A DNA stretch of 64,000 bases from Phoronis australis (lineage: Eukaryota; Animalia; Phoronida): the NCBI GenBank assembly GCA_002633005.1, contig NMRA01000363.1:1-64000 (forward strand), given 5' to 3'. Positions 26,175 through 41,400 of the stretch are shown here, piece after piece. Each line of letters opens with the position of its first letter. Position 1 is the first letter of the stretch. Under the pieces are notes generated by a model. That model worked only from the letters and a program-made list of their open reading frames with translations, did not search any database and was not told the DNA's origin. A program made the position numbers and the translations under genes.

Positions 26175-29100
26175 AGAAACCTTCACATCTAATGTCTTTT
26201 AACAAAAACCTTCTTCATAAAAAGAAAAAAATGTGTCCCCTTCCGAAAATACGGCCGCGCATGCATTCAGTTTTATTTGACGTTTTGAACGGTCGTTTTC
26301 CGAATATCTGCCCGCGTAGACAGCTCAGAGTGTGGATAAAAGTATGTCAAGTTTATATTTGTCTAGACAATTTTCGCATTTTAATACGCGACTTCAAGAC
26401 CTCGTTATCGAATACAAGTCGGGGAGACATATTTGATTCAATTAACGTTTGCTCTTAGTCTCTTATAATGATTGGTATTTACTTTCTTGTACAGAATCCT
26501 CTCTCAAATAATACATGAACACAGATTTGCATGTATGTACGCTGCTTGAGCTTCGGGGCAATGGTTGTTTCAAATCTAATGCGTCTTCATCGGTCAGGTA
26601 ATAACAACATATATGCATTTACCACAGGGCGCTTATCAAAACATTGGCGAATGTTTTCTCATTCAATACCTATTATTGACCATCTGATAGCGAAAAACAA
26701 CTCCTTGTATTTTTATCTTTTCCAGTTATGTGTATCGTAGGCGTACCTGCAACACATCTATTTAATTCTAATAGAATAAGCTTCCTGGTTGCCTTCCTAG
26801 TTGCGGATAGATCGTGTGCGAGAAGAATAACTCGACCTCATGTTGAAACGCAAAAACTCTATTTTATTGCGTTTCAGAACAATGAAAGTGTTTATATACC
26901 CACAGAATCATCTAAAATGATGTGTGTCGTGTATGCTAACAAACGAGTTCTGCATCGTAGGTTTGCCTGATGCAACGCCGAGTAATGAATTATTGTTTGC
27001 AATTGGAGAAATTTATTTAAGGTAAGACCTAAATACTTACGTTAGGTTTTACAAATGATGACACCACAGTCTATTTTAATTGCTATGTATAATAGATTGG
27101 AATTTTTTTGAAATTGTTTTGGCATGCGTCCATGTAGGCTACATGTACACATTTCGACCACATGTACGTAAACTTCTAAAAGGACGTCTCCGGCAATCAA
27201 CTACGAACAGCAGTAACAAATCGATGAAACGTGCATTAAATGCGGCCAGACGCGTCGCCCTTGCAGACTTCGTCAGCGTCAAATTATTGTAAGCAACAGA
27301 GTTGAACAAAATAAAATTGATAAAATACGACACCATGAACAGGAAAAAAGGAGCAGAGTGACTTGATTTGGGGGAATGAGGGACTATGGGGCGACACGTT
27401 GGCATTCGCTGGACGATTTCCTTACACTGATATTGGTGGGTGATCTATCTACCCGAGATACATTCTCGTTGGAAGTGGGAGTCAAATGCATTATTAGTTA
27501 CCAAACCCACAAATACGGTCAAAACCGTGATATGGAATTTACTACTCATTTCCCTGAGGTCTGAGGACCCATAAAACTAACCCCCGTGCCATTTTCCTGC
27601 GCTTGCCATTCCTGCATATGGTACCGTCTCACTGTTTTATTTCACAAGCACTTTGCTGATTAAAACCGATTGCCACTGGAGAGGTCCACAAAAATGACAA
27701 CCCTCGGCACAATTGATGCTTTATTGGTTTATGGAACTTTTGCTGCCTGCTTTGCTGTAAATAATTTTGTACAACATGTACCTGGAACTGTACTGTACTC
27801 TACAGTGCGGTACTGTGTTGCACTGTAATGTAATGTAGTGTATCGTAGTGCACTCCGCTGTGCTATGTTGGGATGTACTGTACTGAGTTGTAGGGAACTT
27901 TATCCTAAGCGTACATGCATATATCGCAAACATTTTTAAGTCTGGTCTTCACGCCACATGTTGGCCACATCACGTGACCTGTTGAACTATGTCTGAAAAG
28001 ATTTCTGTACAGACCGGGACTCAGACCTGGACCTTCTGATAACCGTGTCTGCACGTGATGTGGCCAACAGATGGCGTGCAGATCAGACTTAAAATGTTTG
28101 CGACCTAAATTTCTACGCCGGTCCAAGATTTGCGTATTCGTGTACACGTGCTATATGTTATAAAGAGAACTGTATTGCAGTGGCGTAGATCATTGCACAG
28201 CGATGCTTTTGCTGTATCAAACTGCATGGTGCAATCATTTATTTGAGTGTGGACAATCAGCAGAAAATGTTTTCAGTGTTTTGCTGACTGCACAAGCTCG
28301 AAAATCCAGCTGTATAGAGTTCTTCGATAGTCAATTAACTTTTATTTCTTGGAGTTATGACAACGTATCGATCTTCTTCGAAATGAATCTCGCCTATGAA
28401 CGCATCTGATGGTCTAGTGGCCCTTGTCGGAGGACACCCAATAGACCACGGGCTATGCATTAATTGTGACTAGCGAGATGTCAGTATGACTTATGGATGT
28501 ATATCTTTTTTCTATGCGAAATAAAATATCGAGCTTCTAGTCTCGTTGTCTCTTTTCGATTGATTTTAGTCCGGTAGCTTTAACCTGCCAACAATGATTT
28601 ACTTATCAGGGTGAATGAAATCAAACATGGCGTTTAGCTTAGTATTTACAAACTGACACTGGTCACTTACGAGTCGGTGTAGATAGACGACTAGCTTATT
28701 CCAATTAACATTCCAAATGTTGCTTAGCTGAAGCTCGTCGAATGACGTTTGATTTTTTATTCAATTTCAAAGTAGTCAGAGACTGTAACCCTCTAAGAAC
28801 ATATCTCAGTTCTTAAACATTGGAAGTTTGATCAAAAATTTCCTTCTGTGTGCGTTTGATCCCCACCACAATACATGTAAAATACGAGTTTGCTGTTTAG
28901 TGATGTGATTGAAGATGTTTTCAAGTTTTTCCTAAAAAATTATCATTCCCAATTTTGTCTGTTAAATTTGCCCATATGGTTACTGTTTTCTGTCTCGCTA
29001 TCGCTTACACACCCACGGAGACAAAACAATAAACATCGACCTGAATCGTCTTAGTCCTTAGTTTGCAGAGTCTGCTAAATGTGTTTTGCCACATTTCTTG

Positions 29101-32100
29101 GTTGGTTTAAAACGTCCCCCGAACAGATCGATATCACAAAATTTATAATAATCCCTTTGTCTAATAAGCTTTTGCAAATTTATCAAATATTTGTGTATGT
29201 TGGCACCAGATTTTTTATTAAGTGAGAGAGGATTTTGGCAAAGCTTTTATCCTCGGAAGACAGTGAAGTGTTAAAGACCATATGGTTAAAAGGTCTATTA
29301 AAGTAAATATTCGTTTTCGAAACTCACCTTCAGATGGCGCGACGAAATTTCTTTCCAAAGACTTATTTCTTTCCTGCCAAGCTCCATGTGACCAGCTAAT
29401 GGGAACACTATTTCGCCAATGACGTCATCGCGGGAATATCTGTCAAAGCTCAACACAGCAAAGTGCAGCGTGACGCCATGCAGCTGATTGAAGTCAATAC
29501 CGTAAAAGGTAAACGTTTCCTCAAACACGGGACAGAGTGACTTCCTCACAACTCGCGTTTTCACCGTGTGTTTCTTCTCAGGGAGTAGCTGTAGTTTCAC
29601 ATACGGGTCTGACGTGCTTGTCACGGGATTCTTAACCGGAAGGTCGACCGCTCTATCTATGGTGACCACCAGTGCTGATTTGATGGAGTTGTACTTAACA
29701 ATGAAATACAACTTTCCAAACTTCACTTCTTTTGACATCACTTCCTCGCTTACATCTTTTGTTTCTTCCAAAGGGGACTTCATTTTATCCTTTTCAGTTT
29801 CGGAAAGTATTTCAGAGCGGAACGCACTGGTATCTAGGTCCGAGCTCTTCGAACTGCTCATAGAGGCGGACATGTCGTGCGCGCTATGTTCTGATAGGGG
29901 GCTTTGAAGGTGGCGACCACTGCGCATGCTCGAGCTTTTTGACATGGTTCCTGTGAGTATACTCCCAGTTTCTGTCGACTTTGAAATAAAAGACGGTGAT
30001 CGACTCGTGGGGTACTTCCAACGATAGCACTTGAACATACACACAGCTACTGTTGCTAGTGCTACAAATCCCCCGATACAAATTCCTGAAACTGCCGCTG
30101 CCGATACTGAAAATGCAAGATAGATTATGCGTTAACTTAAGCTATGCAGATACTGAAAATGTAAGATAGAACAAAATAAATGTTAAATTTAACCAAGGCA
30201 TCACACCGGAACAACCAGTATGGCGTGTATTTTGTAGCAGTGCAGGTTGGTAGTGTAGGCAAAATGAAGTATAGTTGTGATATTGCGTCAAAATGGAGTG
30301 CTCATTCTCTTATTCTGATGACAATCCAGGTAAGAAAATATCCGGCATGAAGATAAGTGATTGTGCAAGCTTTCTTATGTGATGGAATGACGNCAAATCC
30401 CCCGATACAAATTCCTGAAACTGCCGCTGCTGATACTGAAAATGCAAGATAGAACAAAATAAATGTTAATTTAACTAAGGCAACACACCGAAATAACCAG
30501 TATGGCGTGTATTTTGTAGCAGTGCAGGTTGGTAGTGTAGGCAAAATGAAGTATAGTTGTGATATTGCGTCAAAATGGAGTACTCATTCTCTTATTCTGA
30601 TGACAATCCAGGTAAGAAAATATCCGGCATGAAGATAAGTGATTGTGCAAGCTTTCTTGTGTGATGGAATGATGTCATGCATCTACAAGTCACGACATTT
30701 TATCTGGGTGTTCAGAGAAATGTAAAACAGACGGCGAAATATCGGCGTTTCTACAACTAAGTGTGTTAGACTTAGAAAATGCTAAAAATTACAACAGAAA
30801 TCCGAACAGTTTAATTTATCTAATCTGTAGCAAAGTGGAAAAGGTTAAACGCAGCATGTATCTTCATTTAGGTATTATTGAGAGCAATGCTGTTACACAA
30901 TTTTAGGAATTTGATACAATTCGATTCGTTTTAGCAGAAATTCGATCATTTTCGATTCTATTCTTGTTTGTTTTCAAATAATCCTAGCCTCGGCGAAGAC
31001 GAAGACTCCGGAAGAGTGATGGACGAAGGCATTTTTGTTTTGGAAGCATGTGCTTACGCAATATCGGTAGTATCAAAAATGTATTTTTTAAAGGTTGAGA
31101 TAGAAATTGCACAATGAACAATCGTGAGCCGTTTATTTCTTCAATATTTCAATAATACAAGTAAGTCGTAACTTAGTAAGGTATCTAACGGCAAAACTTT
31201 GTAACTAAGAATCGATTCAAAATGGACCTTGACGTATCGATACCGAAATCGGTCGCTGCGGCATCACGATACTATAACAAAATGATCCATCGTCGCACCT
31301 TTTGTGACGCTGCTTCAGACACAGAATCCGTGTTCATCATTTACCTGTTATCCTGAAGAGGCAATTATGTTTAATCATCGACTCCACAAGGAAGCGAAAT
31401 ATGCATTTTGGTTACCATGGCACCACACTCACTCGTGGACAGATAATATACGATCACTAGGTATGTGGCAAGCGAAGCACTTATTACATTTGGTGAAGTA
31501 GAGTGAATAGATGCATGTATTAAAGTAAAAGTGGACAGAAAGTACTTCGAAGAAATTAACTGAAATTAGCGTCTTCCGGAGTGAATATCAAACATCTTAA
31601 GTAGAAGAAATTGTTTTAAAGCACGTCACATTGTAACTTTACCTAAATGACGGAAAAATACAAAATTTACTGTGGTTGAACAATTCCAAGTGTAGAAATA
31701 GTAATAAACATCTTTTAATGCCTGATTATGTTATACTTTATGGTATGCAAATGTACAGGGGACCGCTTTTTCGTAGCAGAGAATCACTAAGTATTTTGCT
31801 CTACTGGTTTTGTATGATATGCCTCAAAGGTAGGTTCGGTTGATTTGCATTGGTCATGAGCCCGTCTACAATAAGACGTTTTCATTCGAAGAATCAACTC
31901 ATACTTTACGGCAAAGCCTTCAGTCCACACGTGCACGTATCCAATGACAACGGCAACCAAAACTTTTTGAAAACACTCTCCATCACTCTACATCATGACG
32001 CCTAGTTTTCAAAGTAGGTTACTGGTGCAGACGAAAAAAACGCAACTTTTCGAAAACGTTGTTTTCATTGTTCTCAGAAGAGAGCAAAATATGTCGAAAT

Positions 32101-35100
32101 CGCTGACGACAAGCTGAAGAAACAGCGTATTGGTCGCACAATGTCAGCGTTTTCGTGAGCACGGAAAAGCGAAAGGAAAACGATAGGTTTGAATGGATAA
32201 CCTAATTGAAAAAGGTAAGTGAGTTTTCATTTTCAATAGTGTGGTTATTTTTTCAGTTTGCGTATCGTTTCACGTATGTGACTGACAGATTTCACATCAC
32301 CCACACAGCGGGAGATGTCTAGACATTACGCCAATTTATCACCCCATGACGGTGTCGCTGTTAACCATCAGACTGCAAAAGCCAAATCACCTTTCTAGAG
32401 TAATCTCGAAACCAAACGAAGGATTTTTTATATTTCGACATTTTAAGTATACGCATGAAGAATAAAACCTGTGGGTTCTGACTCCAGCAGGTGTCCCTTC
32501 AAAAGCAGCTACAAATCAGAGGCCTGTTTCATGAAAGTGGCAGAAATCTGGCGTGCGTTCAGTAACGCTAGGAACTACGCTAGGACCTAGTAAATATCTA
32601 GCCAAAGTAACGTGATCTCATTTGAAATACACAGCAATATCTCACGTAATCTCGCGAAGTATTGCTTTTTAGCGAGGTCCTAGCGCTACTGAACGGGAGG
32701 CTGGTCTTACATTCTCACTTCACAATTCCTCGACAAAGGTTTAGCCAATTAGTTATGGGCTCACTACAGTCTAGAAAAATGTACAGACTTTTTTCAGTAT
32801 TTAGTAATCGTGCGTATCTGTTCAGAAACTGCCCATTTTCTCAGTTGACATTTAATCGTTTTTAGAATTAGTTAAGACCAAATTTCAGCCTTAAGTCTTA
32901 ATTAACTTTTCATGAAGCAGACTTCTGCCTGAATAAGAATTGTGATAAATCGAGGATACATTTGTTGCGGTCGTGCTGCCGGAGAAATTATAAAACAATG
33001 TTCTGCAGCAGAAAAAGGAGCTCACTGCATTGATTCTAAAGGTATCACTTTAAACAGTGCTTGAATAAGAGCAAGCATACATGTATTTATTTCTATTACG
33101 ATCAGGCCGTAGCACATGATATTATAAAACGAAAGAAAAACTGTCCAATCGCCTTTGAACACTGTCAACATGTTCGAAGTCGATTTAATTCTTTCAAACA
33201 GTCTACTAGCGTAAATCTGTGAAAACTGTGCGTGGTAGCGTGTTTTTTTAGAACAAATATCATTTTTAATTGTGTTTAGACGACTGCTGCCTTCCGTCGC
33301 AACATATTGAAACACACGCGTAGAAATGTCGTAACCACACTCTTCTATATTGTTTTGGCTACTGTTATTAGCAATAGCTCCCATTTAAAGCATCGCATTG
33401 CACTGTACAAAGCTGACGAGTTGAATTAAGGGTATAATCCAGTGAGCCCGACCGCGACATCAACGTAATCGTCTGTAGTACGCAATGGTTTTGTTATCTC
33501 CCCTGTCATATTTACCCCTTCTGTCGTATCGAGTTGTATTAGTTGTTTCTTGCTACAACTTTGGCATGCTTTCATATTTTATCAACGAGTTCATTTATTG
33601 ACTTTTAAATGTCTTTAGAATTAAATTTCGTGCCACATCAAACCGGTTATCACAGGTTCAGAAATTGCCCGCTTACGGACACATAACATGAACTTGAATA
33701 TTGATTTGACGCTGCTCTTTCTAACGCATAACATATTTTATAATTTTATGGATTTAAATTTAAAATTTGAACATTCACACCAAATGCTACCCCAGTGTTT
33801 GCAGACTATCGAAATGTCGCAGAATTGATGACATGTCGTTTGGCTTCTCTTCACAGTGACGTGTGGCGTCAAACGGAGCCCCACCTAGTGGTAGGGTATA
33901 TGCAAATAATGAGCGTACAGAACAATCGATATTTTAATTTTCTCCTCAGTCTTAACATAACCTAAGCACTTCACTGATAATTCATTAGGCGGCTCAGATT
34001 CCCATATCGAATATCGGCGAGATCTGGATAGTTGAGTCGTGCACAAGGAGGCATCGTGAAAGCCGATCTCATCGTGTTTAACCCATCGTTACGAACAATT
34101 ATTAGTATATTGTAATTTACAGTCTATCGGCGACTTTACGTAGTGTCGCGGCTGCCAAGGGCGACCAAGGGCACGCCGAACAGTCGGACACTACTTTACA
34201 AAAGTGCCGCGACTGGATGTTAAACCTGGACCGAGTGTTAAATCTTTGTACTCGAAATGAAACTTGAAATGTTTTTTACATCTTCGTCATGATAAATGTC
34301 TATTTTTCAATTCTTGAATTTGTTATGACTTTTGTTAATGAGTGTGTGGACCGTGTTTGCACGTGACTACACCTAAGTTTGAGCAGTAAACTCGAGTAAG
34401 AATTAGAAATTTAGAATACCGACTCGAACTTACGGCGTTCATGCTGAAGTCATCAAGGTCATGCCCAGATTAAACATTCATTCGCGTGGACAAAAGTGTA
34501 CGCGAGCATTGAGTAATAGACATTTAGCTTGAATACACTGATTAGACTCGGAGTCTCGGAGTGAACGGTGAACACATAATATTAACAACTTTCACATTCT
34601 GAAAAATGGACATTCGACAGTTCCAGCTAATTTATTTCGAAGTAATTCCACGTAGAAATTATGTCCGGTAAATATAATTGGCTCTGAGGGGGATTTTGCA
34701 ATAACTTCATAAAGGTGACATGTCTAGTCTATTTCAAATCCAACAGACTGAAAAACTATGCATTTGCATTTGCATTAGAGCGTCAAGCTGTGTCATGTCA
34801 CCATTCACTGATACAGTCGCTTTCAAAAAAGCAGACGATCTTCCTCATCATTCGTCTGGCTTCACCAAAGTTCTGGCAAAAACCCACGAGGAATTCAGAT
34901 TGAGAATAATTATTTGAAAGTTAACAGGAAATGTGTGCTTCGAAATCTCGGCAATTTTCGACGGCAAAAAAATAAACTCCAGTTTCTAGAGAACTACTGT
35001 AGACCTACATACATGTAATAGTCGATAGTAACGAGACAGACTGTGGGCGGTAAAGCAACGTTTGCAAAATCGTGAAAATGTTTGCGTCATTCCGTCTCTC

Positions 35101-35449
35101 ACCGAAAATTGGTCACTCGAAGAAAATAATTGGTGATAAGGAGTGACATTCTCCGAGTGAGACTTTTTTCGGTAACAGAATTTCGTGTATTACCGCACTT
35201 CACAATCTCGTTCTCTCTGAGTGTAAACTGAATTTAATGAATAGCATTGTAACACTATCACTATTACACTCATCTTTACTATTATGATTATAGTTGTTAT
35301 TGTTATTTTTATGGTTATTATTATTATTGTTGTTGTTGTTATTATTATTATTAGTAGTAGTAGTAATAGTATTATTGTTGTTATTATTATTATTATTATT
35401 ATTGTTGTTGTTATTATTGTTATTGTTATTGTTACTGTCATTGTTATTG

Positions 35450-35480
<31 letters not shown>

Positions 35481-38400
35481 CATTGTTATTATGATTATCA
35501 TTAACATTTTTATTGCTTTTGTTCATCTATTATCATTACGATTGTGGTTGCTACTGCATTTGCCTCGGCAGTCATCGTCAACCGATTGGAAACTCAGCAG
35601 ATCACGATTAACTGTGGGTCGAAATCAATACAACCACATGTACAGGGTAAGTTTGTGTAAATAGATTACAAGATACTTCAAACACAATCAAACTCAACTT
35701 TACAAATAAATTCTAAAGATGTATTAGGCACTTGACTAGAAAAAGTGGGTTTACACGTGAAATGACGTTTGTAGGGGCACTTCAGCTCAAGATGGGCTTT
35801 TGAAGTTATGTCTGCATACACTGTACATCCGTGCTTATCATTATTCGCTGACACGTAAATAATCTATACAGACAGTTCCATTTTGATTGAACGTCACTGC
35901 CGCGCATATACTCTGGTTTCATTTTTAGTCCCGAAACTGACAGTTTCAGATTGGACGGCACGGGCTTGTCTGTAGAAGATTTCGACACGAGCTGGGCGAG
36001 AAGTAAAAAGGCTTGATTACACTAGATTCCACTAATGCTTCCATTACTAGCGAGATTTTAATTTTTAGTTGGTTGTCGCATGTGCTTGGTAAATGGCATT
36101 TTTGCGTCATAGATTGCTGTTAGTCTCAACAGGATGCAATTGATGGCAAATGAAACTGGTTACATTCAGTGCTCAAACGTATGGGGATTGCATTATCGGG
36201 TATTATGGGTTTCTTGGGTGCAGATCCATACGAGTTACATGTAGTTCGCGTTGTTGCAAAATGGCTATAAATATGCACGGGTAAAGCGTAAACAAGCGCT
36301 TGGAAATATAAACATGGCAATTTATGAAGTGTTGAAAAGCGTTGTGTTGCGGACAGATTAATTGAGCAACGCAAGAAAAGCCCACGTTCGAAAAATCTCA
36401 CTACTGGAGTTGATCGCAGTCAAAGTTTCTCACAAACGAAGGTTTGCTTGCTACTACCGCACTGCCGGGCCATTGGGCCCATGGGCATCTTCTCAGAATT
36501 GCGCTCATATGCGAAACTTAGGCTCATGCGACAATATGCGAACCACTTGGGTAAAAAGGCCTTAAAAAGGCATTATTCGGATACAGGCACATGGGCCTAA
36601 AAGCCCGGCAATACTGTAATACAAAACTTTTTACCGTTTTTTGAAAATTTGCCAAAAATTTCAAAGATAGAGAGGCAGCACAGCGGTAGTCAAAACAGGA
36701 GCGCTTACAAGTGACCTAATGCATGGTCCTATGAAGGGGACATTACTTGCAAGCGCCAATATGTAAACTACAAAATTGGGTAAAAAAGCCTCGAATAAAG
36801 GCATTATTTCGGATATAGGCCCGTGAGGGCGGCAATACGTTATGGACGAGTATTGTGCCTAGCCGTTGTCGAAACATTCCTATTCAAGTTTGCTCGAAGA
36901 ACATAATCGGGGAATTGCCGTTGCATACATGTACATGACATTGAAGTCACGTTTAATAGTGCCGCGTCAACCTGTTTCGTGTTCTAGTAATCACTGTTCC
37001 TTTATTGGCAAGTTATGTCATCGACGAACATAAGAAATCGTAGAAGTGCAACGAATCACCTAAGTGGAATCAAAGAACTGGGCGCAGAGCAATTATCGTT
37101 ACCAACGCGTTGATATCACTTTCCAACTACCAACTTTAGCCATTCGTCTTGTCAAGTATTATTTTCTTTAGTTCTGTTGTTCTTGGTGTATCGTTTGGAG
37201 CACCTTGGCTGAGTTGCATAAAGTTTCAAAAGTTATCCGCTGGATAGGTTTGATTGTTGCACTACGTCAGGTGCATTGTTCAACAATAAAAATGTGGCTC
37301 GTGATAATGCGACGTTATTGTTGCTATAGGACGGAAAACTTTTATGCAAAAGGACCCTGACATCACTGTATTTCTTATTGACGATTTGAGCTCGAATGTC
37401 CAAAAAGAGAACTCTTGACTTCCCAAGACCATCTGCCGCTATATAATTGGTCTCACCGTGCTACTTACTCTGAGGAGATCTGGGTTTCCGTAGAACTGTT
37501 AGTTATTTATTTGTTGAGTCTTCGACCAGCACATGAAACGACACCCCGTGACAAGCCACGTTAAAGAGCTTGATTTTAAGCAATAATGGACTTAACTCAT
37601 TCGAAGTATCAAAATCGTCTAAACATCTTTTCATTTGAAATGAGCTTTTCTCAAATAAATGAGTTTCGAAAAAAGGCCTTAAATTGAATACTTAATAAGG
37701 TCTTGCCCAGACAATGCAACACTTGCAAGTTCATTAATCTTTTGTGTTTGATGTCACTGGATGCTTACGAATCGACAACCCTGCCACAGTGCGTTTGAAA
37801 AACACCAACAGCGCCGTGCGCACATGCATCCCCCTAATAGTTACCAGTTCATCATCATCATCTTCTGCCAGGTACAACAAGCGATCGAAGTACCGATTCT
37901 TATATGTTGCCACATATTACTGATAAATTTTGGACTGTTCATAATTGTGAAAAAAACAAAGCGCAGGTTAACGCCAGGATAAAAACGAGTTTATTTTTGT
38001 CGAGTAAAGTTGAAGTTTGACATGTGACTCGTGAACATCTCTACTGTTTCTGATGAAATATCATGTTGTGGGAGTACATTCCGGAGTAAAACAGTAGGTG
38101 GGAAGAAAGAGTTTGAATAATATGCAGTGCGAATATACGTTCTCTCAAATTTATGAGAGTGGGAATTACGTGATCTAGAAATATGAAAGGGTGGAAGGTC
38201 TGCGTGGGGAATAGCAACCAGGCTGTGAACGGTCTTGTACAAGAGAGACACTTTGTTTTGAGCACGTTTTTCTTGAAGAGTGGGCCAGATGGGATTGGTG
38301 AGCATAGACGATACAGAGGAGTATCTGACGTGGTCATTTAGGATGAACCTGGCTGCTCTACGCTGTATTCTTTCTATCTTGTCAATATTGGAGCGTATGG

Positions 38401-41400
38401 AGGGATCCCAGAGAGGGGGTGAATATTCACGTTTGGGCCTCACTAGTGAAGTGTAGGCCAAAACTTTTGTTTTATGACGTACATATTTGAGGTTCCGCTC
38501 AATGAACCCAAGGGTTCTGTTTGCCTTAGAGGTGACTGTGTCTATGTGAGTGTTCCATGATAAATTATTAGTAAGAGTGACCCCAAACTAGGGGGCTTGA
38601 CTTATGCATCTCAGCGGTGATTTGTAAAGACTGTAATTGTATATTTTGGGGGAACGTTTTCTGTGGACATGTAGAATATTGCATTTGAAAACGTTGAAGT
38701 CCATTTCCAGGATTTTTCCCAGGAGGCTACGGAGTGTAAGTCTTGCTGAAGTATTTGGCAATCCTGGGGGGAAGCCATAGGTCTATAGAGAACTGCATCA
38801 TCGGCAAAGAGACAGACATTTGAAAGAATGTAGTCAGGAAGGTCGTTTATATATAGTATGAAGAGTGCAGGACCAAGAACATAGCCCTGGGGCACTTCTG
38901 ACTGAACTGGGTAAGAATTTGAGAACTCGCCATCGACGGCGACTCCATGCGTTGTATGAGATAGAAAGGATTTGATCCAGTTTTGAGTGAGACCCCTTAC
39001 AACGTAGTATCCGATCTTCTCCAAGAGTCTTGGAACAGGTACCTTATCAAAGGCTTTGGAGAAGTCCAGCACCACGGCGTCGGTTTGAGCGTCTGCCTTT
39101 ATAGTTAGGAGAAGGTCATCTATGAAAGTGACAAGTTGTGTTTCGCATGGTCTACGGTTACGAAAATCATGCTGCCCGGTGTATAGTATATTATTTGTGT
39201 CAAGATGAGACATAATTTTACTGACACCTATGTGCAGGTATTATCAGTAGAGAAAGATACATCAGGCATGGAGTGATAGAGGCTTGTACTCTTGTTGGCC
39301 GTATCTGTACCATTGTCTTTTTGAAGACCGAGGAAAGTGTGTTTTTAATATTTCTGATTTTGTTTTTGGGTCGGTGTATAGAATGCCAAATTTTTATAGA
39401 GGCAATATTTGGCGATTCTACTGGGATTGTTTGTTAGAAGGAGATCCATTTTATTATTTTCACGAGTAGGTTTTGTTACAGTTTGTTCAAATGATTTGTC
39501 TTGGATGACATCTAGAAGATTGTCACAGAGGTATATATATATATCAGCCGTGTTTGGAGGGGTTCAGTATGTGTTCCAGTCAATATGAGGGCAGTTAAAA
39601 TCATCACCATACGTTCTTTCTAATGGAAGAGCTGAGGTGTTGGATGGATTCACCAATGTCATCTGGTGGGCGGTAGTATGCAACAATGTACATGCCGCTG
39701 GAACCGTGAACTCTAAGCTTTAGCCACACTGTTTCATAGTCGTTGTTCATTACACTGTCATGGGCGTTTTTAGTTGGAAACTTAGTTTAAGCTTTAGCTT
39801 AAGTTATAATTTCACGTGAAAAACTCTAGTCAGCCAATGTGTATGAACCATTGACCTTTGATCCTAACTATTGTCCGGCCCAGCTTAGGTTGATCTAGTC
39901 ACAAGATGGGGGATAGTTGCAAGTAAACGGATGGATTCCGTCGATTGCTTTGTCTTATCCCCAAAGTATTAAACAGGTTGTAACTAAATTTGCAAAATGT
40001 GAAATAACAAAAATAATAATAAATGTTCCAATTGCTTATCAATTAAGGTACGCCATTTCACTATGTGGACCAGCTTAATTGATTTTTAATTCAAATGAAA
40101 TTCGTCATCATAATCATCATCATGATTATCACCATCACCAACATCATCATGATTAGCGTCTGTACCAGTGCTATCTTTTATCATCGTTTTTGAAAAACAT
40201 CACAAATTTCGTCGTCTTGTTGTCCAGGGGGCCCGTTCCCATAAGTTCATTTTTAACTTAAGTCTGAGGTTTGTCTCAACCTCCAAACTTCGAAACTTCC
40301 ACATCCGGTTAGATAATCAAAATCATGGCAAAACTTAAGTCAACCTTAAGACCTCTTTCCTGAAGCGGACTTAAGACAAATTTAAATTTCATTTCAAAAT
40401 TGGATAACATTCAAGATCTCTCTCAGCTACGTGTAGGTCAGTTTTCTTGGAACGGGCTCGACTATAATTAATTTCTTCTACAACTTTCACTAATATACAT
40501 GTTCACATGTAGATATACATTGTACATCAAGCTTCCCGGAAGCTCAAAACCCATATTGACTATCTAGTGAACGTCTACATGTATGTGCACATTTTGTAAT
40601 GATTGCTTGAACTACAGACAGAACTCCGATAATGATGTATCGTCAACGCAGACTTGTGTTTGTCCCTACCACGCGTTATCGATTTTTCTCTGTTTATGTC
40701 GTTAGGTTAGCAAACGACCGTGCATGTGTCGAGAAGAGTCAACCTCGAGGAAATATCTATTCATGTATTTTAGTGTCACACACGTAAATTTTATCAAAAC
40801 AAGACAGAAGTCAAATGTACACGATGCCCACACTAATAATATTTCCAAGCAAAATCACGAAGGATGTGAAGTTAAGCATTTTTATAGTTGTTTGAAGTGT
40901 TGAAATTCAAAACGTAAGACCGTTTTCTTTCATTTACATGAAAATCATGAAATACCCTTAGCTAATCAAGTCTTTCAAAGCGATTCAAATTTGTCGTTGC
41001 CGTAGTAACAATCGGCTTCATTCTCCAAAAAAGAGACAATGTAAGTAAACTTGTTTGCCGGTTTTGGAAAGGATGACCATGTCTTCCTCAACTGAAATAT
41101 GATGTTTTTGCGTCCTACTTCATCCGCCTGTGCCCTTTGCGACGTTTTAAAGAGAAGATTTTCTCCTCAATCAGGCTATGGGCATGCTTGGCAGCGACAT
41201 GTTATGTAACACGGGCACGGGTTCTAATCTTTTCACTCGAAATCGAACTAGAATTTTTTTGACTGTTTAAGTTCTGCTTTTGTGTCATACCAACATGAGT
41301 GTCTTTCAGTCTGTCTGGTCCTAGTTTGCACTTGATGGACGGAGCATTAAAGGGATAATTTTAAGTCTGAACTCGAAATTTCAAGTTTTTACCCGAATTT

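Noticed and set aside
30065-30675. Near-identical tandem duplication including a second copy of the Syt4 exon-2 acceptor and the first ~40 nt of the exon
   Set aside because: The copies join exactly at a single 'n' (30393) and differ by a few SNPs and one indel, which is typical of two haplotypes concatenated during scaffolding.
31345-31378. Another possible phase-1 alternative first exon for Syt4 ([11 protein letters not shown]+V)
   Set aside because: Weaker donor (gtaaat) and no convincing upstream acceptor or promoter; expected by chance.
35190-35664. Poly-Asn, poly-Ile and poly-Leu ORFs (also the His-Thr/Cys-Val ORFs at 25815-26458)
   Set aside because: These are translations of microsatellites.
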